Below, in pieces: positions 54,101 through 64,000 of a DNA stretch of 64,000 nucleotides (position 1 is the first letter of the stretch; the number at the start of each line of letters is the position of its first letter). The DNA lies in assembly GCA_051362555.1 (NCBI GenBank), contig CM120645.1:18724001-18788000 (forward strand). The letters are read 5' to 3'. Origin of the DNA: Lingula anatina. Its lineage: Eukaryota > Animalia > Brachiopoda. The position numbers and the translations under genes were made by a program. The notes below the pieces were generated by a model, which saw nothing but the letters and a program-made list of their open reading frames with translations, was not told the DNA's origin and ran no database searches.

Positions 54101-56731
54101 GTTTGAGATTTCATGAGATAGAGGAAGTTATCAATATTTATTAGTGCATTAAAAAACTTCTTTTAGAAAAAAAAATTTAGTACATATATGCATTCAAAAG
54201 GCTTATAACAATTTTTTCATGAAATTCTGCACAAAGAAACCTTTTTCCTACAGTCCGTTATTTGATGTGCATATTTCATACCCATGGAAGTGTTGAGGTA
54301 AAAAAAAATCCCACAATCTTTTCAGTCTTGTGTAATTCAAGCACGTCAAGAAAGGATTTCGTTTTAGCCACAATTTCACAACTCGTGTCAATCACAGAAT
54401 ATAATAGGCTGGGAGAAATTAATGATAATCCATCTGCCCCAGCGAGTGCGTAGTGATTGGCTAGCCTGGAATACCCGTATTTTTCTAATCATGTTAAGTT
54501 GCCATTAGGAGGAGAGCGGCTGCATACCTAGCATACCAGTCTCTTTGATAGTGGGTGACTAAAACAGGGTGTTCTCGCATGCCATGCTCATTTTTGAGGC
54601 ACCTCTATAATCTAGGCTGCACAGACATGCTTGTACAGCTCCAGTAAGACACAGAGATGAACTCTGTGTGTGCGCAGTTCATATCTGCTGCTAGCAGTTC
54701 ATGGATAGTAGACTGCACTGAAAAAGAAGGTATGGGATCAGGAGGGGGGGGGGGGATAGTGGGAGATAGTTATATACATGTGCATTGTTGAACCTTGAGC
54801 ATGCATGCATGCATGCCTGGCATTTAGCCAACTGTGGTATTCATAGAGCTGTTATGACTTAGGAAAATATTTCTTACTATTCAAAAACAAGATGAAATAG
54901 TAGTCATTTCCTCTAGTTATTTCAGGTATTATAAGTGTTTTATCTGAAGTGTTTTTTATTTGTATGTTTTGTCATAGAGATCCTCTATTTATTTAAGATA
55001 TGCTTATCAAGTAAAAGCATTCAGAAACCTGGTGTTATGATTTTTTAGTTGAACAAAATATTGTATTGCAAAAAAAAATCTTGATTTAGAGGTCAATATT
55101 TAAATAATTTTCTTAGAAAATATTTCTTAGTAGCGCTACAAAGAATGTACCTAATTTAACTTGAGGTCTTGTGAAAATAAGAAAAAATGGATATTATTCT
55201 TCATTTGGATTGGTGCATGGGCCTTGTTGTTGTAAAAAGGTTTTTCTTCCTTCAAGGAAATATTTGGCTTTCAAATAGTTCAGCAACTATACCCAGGGGC
55301 CATTGGTGATATTGTCATGCATAACAGAATGCTGTATTCATAACAGAATAAAATCCTTTTTTTAAAGCAAAAAAAGTAAGTGTTCTCTTTATAATGTTTG
55401 GAAAAAGATTTTGTCAGTAGACAGTATTGCTTGGAACACATTTGAGAGTTATAGAAAGCTGATTAGTTTTATAAATTTTGCAATAAAAAATTAAGGCTAT
55501 ACGTGTGAAAGATGACAATTTTAGAGATTTATCAGTAAATAGTTTAGACAAAACACAAGGAAGATTTATAGTCTAAAAATATTTCAAGTCAGGCTCATTT
55601 TCCCTGTATTTAGACATATGAATTTCAATTATTAGTACATATAGTCCTTCAAGTTCATATGCTTTTCAATCTTAGTGCCACTTTTTTCTGCCCCTCCAAC
55701 AGTATACTGAAGATGCCCTGCACTGAATAGATGTAAATCCTGGCTTCCACATGACATCATTTCTTGGCTAAAGTGAAGCATTTTCTCCATGCTTTCACTG
55801 GAGACACAGTGGTCAGGCTGTATCACTAAAATAGCCTCTGCTGGCTTGTGGGGCTTTTTGTCATCTCTTTGCCATTAAGTTATGAAATGCAGATAAATCC
55901 AGGCTAAACCATGTCATATTATGGATGCGTGTGTTATACATGTGTGGAGAAGAGTAAGTTTTGATGTATAAAAGTTGATGTTTACAAAAAATTTGGACAT
56001 CAAGTGACTGCAAGTGAATAGATTAATTATTTACTCTGTACACTGCATATTAAATAATACTATAAGGTATTAATTAAGTTTGGTTTCGGGTAAAGAATAA
56101 AAGGGGGTTTGTTTTTTTAAAACATGACAATTTGTTGTTTTTTAAAACATGACAAATTGAAAATAAGTTGTTTCTGTTTTGCCATCATGTTAATAACAGA
56201 TTTAGTAAATATGTTCTTTAAAATATTGACTTTTTTATGTTCATGGAATTACTTAATAAATAAAAGAAGCTGGTATTAAGAGTAATTCATTTGTAGATAT
56301 TAATTCTTATGTTGAAGCAAGCACTTTAACATTAAAAGGGGGGGGGGGGGGGGGGGGAGATGCCTGACTTTGGAAGTATGCAATAATTGGTAAAAGACAA
56401 AGAAAAAAAAGAGAAGTAGAAAGTTCAGTGGAAGTAAATCACCACAAGTAACTTAAAGGAATAATTATGGTCATTGCCAGGGGAAGCAGATAACAAAGTG
56501 ATATTTTATGAAATTGAAAATCTTGAATACAAATTCAAATTAAGTTCACTCATTCGAAAAAAAGTAGTCACACACAACTGACTATCATTGAAGGAAGAGA
56601 TGTTGTTAAGTTTCCAGACTTAAATGTATACATATATCTAGCAGGGCTTCCTGTATTTTTGCTTCAGTATTTAATTAGTGCCAGAATACCATTTTCATTG
56701 TTATTGATTCATTTTTATTCATTATTTATTT

Positions 56732-56786
<55 letters not shown>

Positions 56787-59601
56787 TTTTTCTTTTTAGA
56801 AATGTGCATAAATTGGTTGGGGAGGAAAAATTATCAGTAATTTTTGCATTGTTTACTGAAAACACTTTTAAAATTTTTCAAAGAAAGAAAGAGAAAAACT
56901 TACTGTAAATGACTTTTTGATTAATTCAGTTTCATATTTTTTAGTTTAAAACACATTGGTGCTAAACTACATATAACACACTACTAACTCTCAAATATAC
57001 ATATTATCATTGATTTCCATCCAGCATTTTAGTGACTGTCCTTTATTATATTTTCAGCAACCACTGTGATGGAACATGATAGAACAAAGACCAGTTCTCC
57101 TACCAAACAACTTCCCACAAGAATGCAGCGTGAGGAAAGGAGGCGAGGACGTCAGGAGATGTCCGCTATGCTACAGTTTGCAGCAAACCACAGAGATAGG
57201 ACAGGGGATAGGAAGTGTGCGGGCACACAAACGTAAATAGTTTGTTTTAGTTTCAAATATATTGTACCCTGGGAGTCAAAGTGAAGATGGTAACTTTATT
57301 TGATGCACCCTGTGAGTCGAAGTGATGATAGTAACTTTCTTATTTGATGGGTGTTGATGGTAACTTATGCACTAGAATTCAGAGCAAGCACCTTGTTTCA
57401 GGCTTGCTTTGGCCAAGCTAAAATTACTTTTGGTTTTTTTCATTTCTTTAAACGTCAGTTTCTATAAACAAAACCTGTAAATAATTTTTAAAAACATTCC
57501 TGTATGTTCTTTGCTTTCCATCAGTAACTGAAAGCAGGATGTTTTTAAGGCAGAATAATTCACCAAGCAAATTACGTCAGAGTTAGGAATGTTTGTTTGG
57601 AACAAAACAAAAACAAAGAAAAAGAATGAAAAAAAAAAGAATACAAAGGATACCAAAAATTTAATGCCACAGCTTTTTAACCTTGCCTTACAGCAGGGGG
57701 TCTTCAAGTTGAGTTGTGATTATACCGGTATGTGCTTTTCCGGGGGCCATGTTAGTTTGAAAATGTGGTAACATGCCCTTTTTGTAAATTCATTTTTCGC
57801 AATTCTTATTCACCTAGGATTGCTCACAGACATTTTTGCTTGCTTTTATTATTAAAATATTGTCTTTGTAGCAGTGTAGTCATTCTTGTTCAATAAAATT
57901 ATATGTTGAATTGGAATTACTTTCAGCTTTTGTAAGAATATGTAATCTTTTCCAAAGTATTTGCTATTCAAATTTTTTGCTCCTCAATTATTTTGGAAGA
58001 ATAAATATACCCTCTAATGAAATAATGAAATAATGTCTTGAATAACTGTAACCTATGTAAGTGGTCTGAGTAATGTTTATGAAGACATTTTGTCCTTGTG
58101 CTGTCTTTGAGTGGACTGATATTGTTTAGTGGCATTGTGTTAATTAATGGACACAGGGCAAGGGTGTCAAAACAATTGTTATATAACAGGGAAGGTCCCT
58201 ATATATGTACAGGTGTCTTGTCTTGTCACCAAAACAGGTCATCACACAGGTATGTTAATGGGGTGGTCATGTGTCTTCAGGTTTAGGTAATGCCAGGAAA
58301 TGTTTCTTGAAGTAATATGTAATGATTGGTTAAGTGTGGCATAATCACCCATTGTTCGGGTTCTGATGAAGGAAGTAGGAGTTTATTTGGACAGGAAAAC
58401 CTTGGATGTTTCCATGTTTTGGTTCCAATGATGCCTCATATCTGTTATACAATAATACAGCAGGCTAGACTGTACTTTAAAACTATATGAAATGTAATTG
58501 TTGAAGAATTGGTAAAATCATTTCCCTCGCAAACACCAGGATTAAAAATTTAGAAATTGAAAACAGGGTTTATAGGTGGCATTTCTCTGTCAGCAGTTTT
58601 GGATAAGGGGATAAGAAAAGTGCTAAAATTTCCAAGAAAATTACTTTTTGCTACAGAAAGGTCTAGTGCACATTGTACATGTATGCCAGAGGTGGAGGTT
58701 GAACAGTGACACTTGCACATAATTTATAATTGAAACTAGCGTAAGAATGCAAGTATGCTTTGAAGTACGTGTAGCTGTAACTTTGTCTCACTGTCATGGC
58801 CAGCTGTACACAGAGAGATGAGAATAATGGTTTTGATGTGGTGTTAGCCTGTTCAAAGAGAAAGTCCATTTGGACTCACACCAAACATTTCTGTAGTGCA
58901 GTATTTGGCTGCCTGGCCAGTTTTTGTCAGATTTGACATTTTGTCACATGCAACCGGAGATGTTGTTGTGTTAAATTGTGCATTACAATATAAAAGGTGT
59001 AGTGGCATTTGAGGAAAAATGTCCCCAAAGAGTTTTAAAAAGTTTAACAGAAAATGAATTTGTAATAGTATAAAATGCTTTGAAACTGTAGAGAATAAGA
59101 ATTTAAAGAGAGACTTCAGACAAGTTATCCATTCTTTTATTTCTTAATTTGCCCATTGTTTGTTTTGATTTACAGACCATATTCCAGTTTCAATGGACAG
59201 CCAATGTACACATCAGGAGAGGGCCCTCAACGGCCTACCAACCTTCCACTAGTCAGCTATCACACACACACCACAGCTCAGTCCAACGCACAAACTGGCT
59301 TCTGTGGCCATTGTAATAATGGAAGCACCACTGCTGGTGCTGGCTCATTCAACAGCCCTACTTCACCTCTTAATTTATCAACCACGACGCGATCGCCTGT
59401 GTCCCCACTACAGCAGCAGCACAGGCCGTCCGTGATAACATGTGCACACTGCGGACCTCCTCCATATCCAGCGGGGACCAGAAGAATAGAAACCTCAGGT
59501 TTGTACAGTGTACATGGGCAGTTTTACTATATAGTCAAATGTCATATTTTTCTTTATGTTAAAGATATATTATTTCAATATATGTGAGTATTATCTATTA
59601 G

Positions 59602-59687
<86 letters not shown>

Positions 59688-59867
59688 TCAATATATGTGA
59701 GCATTATCTATTAGCTATATATATATAGATATATTATTTCAATATATGTGAGCATTATCTATTAGCTATATATATATATATATTATTTCAATATATGTGA
59801 GTATTATCTATTAGCTATATATATATATATTATTTCAATATATGTGAGTATTAGCTATATATATATA

Positions 59868-59898
<31 letters not shown>

Positions 59899-59975
59899 AT
59901 TATTTCAATATATGTGAGTATTAGCTATATATATATATATATATTATTTCAATATATGTGAGTATTATCTATTAG

Positions 59976-60029
<54 letters not shown>

Positions 60030-62659
60030 TCAATATATGTGAGTATTATCTTTTAGCTATATATATATATATTATTTCAATATATGTGAGTATTATCTAT
60101 TAGCTATATATATATAGATATATATATATATATAGATATATTATTTCAATATATGTGAGTATTATCTATTAGCTATATATATATATATATAGATATATTA
60201 TTTCAATATATGTGAGTATTATCTATTAGCTATATATATATAGATATATATATTATTTCCCTTTCCATTATCACACATGCAGGTGCCCGCAGTTTTCTAG
60301 AAAAATATATTGATAGTGTGTTTCAAATGTTATCACCCATAAACAATCAAACCCTTCTTATAGTTTTTATATCTGTACATCTTCAGAATACCTCTGCCTG
60401 TTCATGTTGTGCTTTCCAACACATTTGTTCACCTCATAAATGCCAAACATTATTTTTGTTTTTCTTTAAATTTACTAGGCAGCTTTATTTGATAAAAAGG
60501 CAGGTTGAGTTCAGACCCATCATGATTGGAATATTTTCATGGAAATTGTGTAATATTTGGTGTTTTTTATATATAAGTATGCAAAGTTCCCACTATAAGT
60601 GTCATGTTTTGTTTGAGAAAAAATATACCAGAAGCATTATTTAATTAAAAGGCAGGTTAATCAGCATGATAAGATGATTTTTTCAAAAGTTATTGGATTT
60701 TTGGTGGGCCCACCCTCGTAGGAAGAAATGTACAGTATGCAGTCAGAGGTGGGAGGCAAGGTTGAGGGTATATCTTTTCACCAGCCACAGATAAAAGCAG
60801 ATGTTCTAGTTTACTTCCCAGATTTTTATAGATCTGATTTACATCCCATGCCCTCCACAGTGACACTGTGAATGCCACGCATGCCACCAACAACACTCAT
60901 ACTGCCATGCCATGCTGAATAGCTGGTCAGGATCTACTACAAATAAATAAGAGTTTGCATTTATGATAAAAATGGAAAATATTTGAAACGATGTATTTTC
61001 ATTGATTTGACCTTAAAATGGATTGGCAGGATTTAGGAGGTATTTCCTGGAGGCAAAAGTTATGCCAGGTATGGGATGGCTGTCTATATTGGGGTACCAT
61101 GAACTTTAGAGCAGGGATGAGTGCTCTTAATATGGCTCTGAATGTGCTCTGCTCCTCTTTAGAATGTCATGATTGTTATTGCAGAGAGAAGGGTGGGTGT
61201 GCTTTGTTAGTAAGAGCTTTAAATGGTCAGTGGTCAGTTCAAGGCTTTTTGTTTGGACTGTTTGTGTGTAAAAATCTGGTCTAGGAAATTTAATGTTAGA
61301 TCCATTGTTTTATGTAAGTAAATGAAACACAAGTTCCATTGGACATGTAGTAAAAGTTTCCAAAATGCAGTCACAGTCAACCAACATGCAGCATACCCAA
61401 GGAATAATACTTTGTATTACCTATCACAGTCCTCATTTCTCTGATGAAGTTTGTCAGCATATGAAATATTGGCTGGTGAATTTCAGTTAATGTTCTCGAT
61501 AACTATTGACAAATAAAACCTTAAATTATTAGTTTATTGAATATACATAGCTTATGAAACTATGCAACACAATCACAGTCAGTTTCACCAAAAAATTTCC
61601 ACCATTATTCACCTGGTATTTGCCTATAATCAGTCTGTGAATATGCTAGGATATGCTCTGACAAAGATAACACAAGTTTGTCCCTGGACTTACCTTTCAA
61701 TATCCTCTCAAATACATCTTTGAAGATAAACTTCTCAGTAATGCAGCTGTTCAACTGTTTTATTATTATCATTATTATTATTAAGATTTTAAATGTTCAT
61801 TGAAATGTGAATTTCTTTCAGTTGACCTCTGCGACCCAGCGATTGAGGAGCATTTCAGACGGTCATTAGGGAAAAGCTACCAAGACTACCTTCCCGCCTC
61901 CACACCTCCAGGACCACTGTCGCCACTGTCCAAGTCACCTGTGACCAAATCACCGACCTCAGCATCAGGACCACCCCTCAGTCAGGCTGCAGTCACCATG
62001 GCAACACCATCCCCACTCTCCTCCTCTGCCTCCACGACGCCATCATCTGAGTGCAGCATCTCAATAGCAGGTTGGTGTGTGGGTTACATGAGACATAAAA
62101 TATGGACATCTGATGATGGCTTGAAATGAAGCAATTTTGCTTCCTTATAGTTTAAGACATAGACTCTAGGAATCATTGCGAGTTAGGATAAGTGATAAGG
62201 CATTTATGATACATGATTCCTGTTTGACTGAAATATATGACGAAAGCATCACTAAAATTTCTTGAATTTGGAGCCAACTAAGTTAGTTTTAACTTAAAAG
62301 AGTTTTAAAAGCATTGATCAAAACATTTTGACCAAATGTAATTTCGGAAAAAAAAGCCAGAATTGTATCATTGTTGTACTGTTTATTTTATGATAGGTTC
62401 AGCTTCTGTAGACGATCACTTTGCCAGAGCTCTGGGAAACAGCACCTGGTCAGAAATTAAAGCTAAGAAGGAACCTGTGCAATTGGACATTTTAGCTGGT
62501 TCTGTGGATGACCACTTTACAAAAGCTCTGGGGGACCAATGGCTGAAGATTAAGGCTGACAAAGAATTAACGAGGAAAGAGGCGGTCAATGGGGCATCTG
62601 TGGCACATATGACGACCTCTTCACGTACACAGCCTTCACAGACTTTGGTGTCTTTATAG
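48936..62659 (+). CDS. VGLL4: Transcription cofactor vestigial-like 4 / Tgi orthologue (~359 aa)
   Basis: Exons 48936-49005 (METPLDVLSRAAS, the conserved VGLL4 N-terminus), 57058-57232, 59176-59498, 61822-62070 and 62397-62659. All are GT-AG and phase-consistent (1,2,1,1). Tondu motifs DPAIEEHFRRSLG, SVDDHFARALG and SVDDHFTKALGDQW; RPSVITCA motif; PPPY. An in-frame upstream ATG exists at 48921. Confidence 0.93.
49716..49755. repeat. (TA)n microsatellite
   Basis: Directly visible. Confidence 0.95.
53002..53018 (+). promoter_or_regulatory. CTCF consensus-like site in VGLL4 intron
   Basis: GCCACCAGATGGCAGCA matches the CCASYAGRKGGCRS core. A partial copy (AATAGATGGCAGCAG) lies ~30 bp upstream. 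Confidence 0.4.
54450..54729 (+). promoter_or_regulatory. Putative internal VGLL4 promoter and alternative first coding exon (54657-54729)
   Basis: ATTGG box at 54456 and tandem CATACC-tag-CATACC at 54523-54537. ORF MNSVCAQFISAASSSWIVDCTEKE ends in phase-1 donor G|GTATGG, matching the phase of exon 57058. Confidence 0.45.
56721..56790. repeat. (ATTT)n microsatellite
   Basis: Directly visible. Confidence 0.92.
59566..60260. repeat. Compound minisatellite: ~11 copies of a ~33-bp unit separated by variable (TA)n tracts
   Basis: Unit TTATTTCAATATATGTGAGTATTATCTATTAGC followed by (TA)n of variable length, in a VGLL4 intron. Confidence 0.92.
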
Positions 62660-64000
62660 ATTATTAGAAAACCAAGTAATCTTATTCTGACTGCTATGTA
62701 CGTTTGTGAAAATTTCAAGGTTGGCTTTATAGCCTCATTTCCTGGATAAAAGAGATCAGCAGGATTGACAACTTATGACTGAGTGGTTTTTATGGATCTG
62801 TTCAAACTTGAAATGGTGGCGCCTCCCTGTCGGGGCAAGTGTCAACAATGTGAAATGTTATGTGATGGCTTTTTTTCTTGGTTTAAAAATCATTTGGCTG
62901 AAAACATTTGAGTGAAAAGGGTAAAATTCCAGTATTCATAGTGTTTAGACTGTCTTAAGGTCACATTCTCCAAGACAACACATCAAAAAAGGACAATAAT
63001 TTAATGTAAATGAACAAATGTCAAGGTTTTTGTTATGAACAGTTTCTTTCTTTTGTGCTTCTTTTAATTTAAGGTCAGAGTTCATGAAATAATGGCTTAT
63101 GTAATTGGCTAGTAAGTGATGATTCAGTAATCAATGTGATACATGTAGCTTGTCCAGTGATGTTGTAAAGCACACATTATTGAGCACTGTACAGTTTTCA
63201 TTCAGTTTTTCAGCGATGGGCTGTCAGAGTATTATTGTACATTGTATATACACTGTTGCTGTTGTAATCTTTACGGTTCATACCAAGTTCACTACAATAT
63301 GGACTCACTTCAGTTGGGGATTTTTTTCTACCTTCAGTTTTCATGGTTGTGCACTTGTAAATTAACCAGGATGTTTGGTTTGTTTTATAAGTATAATAAG
63401 TATAAGCAAAATGAGAAGTGTATGGTTCTTTCTAAAAAAAAAAAAAAAAAGCTCCAAGGCACAGTTGAAGGTGTGAGGCAAAAAGGCAGATAGAGGAAAG
63501 TATGGAAGGTCAACATAAAAGAGTGAAGAGCTTTTTTTCAAACCCAGGCATTGACACACAATCTGCAGGATTGACATAACCTGGGTGGGTGGAGTGCCAT
63601 AACTGCACTGCTTTGATCTACTGTTTCTTTTGAAGGATTAAAGTTAGAGAGAGGTCTACAGGTAGCAAAATTTGCTGTCTTAAGGCAAGCCGTGGATGGG
63701 TTTCATCTAAAAATTATAGGGTTTATAATGTAAGTCAGTAAGTTAATGTTATATTATAGTATTAAATTTAAAAGGAGAGAGGCACTGGCCTTATTGTGGT
63801 AAAGAAATAATATTATGCTATTTAAGGTACAGGAAAGTCATGCAGGACCAAGAAGATGGAGAAAAGAAATGGTCCAGATCCAACTGTGGGTGGTTTTCAT
63901 TCATCTCCAGAGCACCAAGTGCACACTAGGATAGGGTTTTGTTAGCACCACACCTTATGGTATCTTACCCATTGGAACAAATGTGAACTAGAGGTTTTCA

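Noticed and set aside
59566-60260. CRISPR-like repeat/spacer array
   Set aside because: The spacers are only (TA)n, it lies in an intron, and there are no cas genes.

Overview
AT-rich, intron-rich eukaryotic DNA from an invertebrate animal. The repeat landscape suggests a lophotrochozoan such as a mollusc, but that is inference. Four protein-coding genes can be reconstructed by hand from splice sites. Two are tandem DUF1647-type putative glycosyltransferases on the minus strand, each with a signal-anchor exon and one catalytic exon, followed by a third, orphan start-less copy of the signal-anchor exon. The third gene is a prestin/pendrin-like SLC26 anion exchanger on the minus strand (16 core coding exons, apparently alternative C-terminal exons). 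The fourth is a VGLL4/Tgi Hippo-pathway TEAD co-repressor on the plus strand, head-to-head with the SLC26 gene, with three Tondu motifs and a likely internal promoter. Intergenic and intronic DNA holds many MITEs (PIF/Harbinger-, hAT-, Kolobok- and Tc1-like), Helentron-like elements, a Penelope GIY-YIG relic with a decayed hammerhead-like motif, a Tx1/L1 relic, a 65-bp minisatellite and a (TA)n-spaced minisatellite. No rRNA, intact tRNA or CRISPR array was seen. All coordinates were derived by eye and may be off by a few bases.
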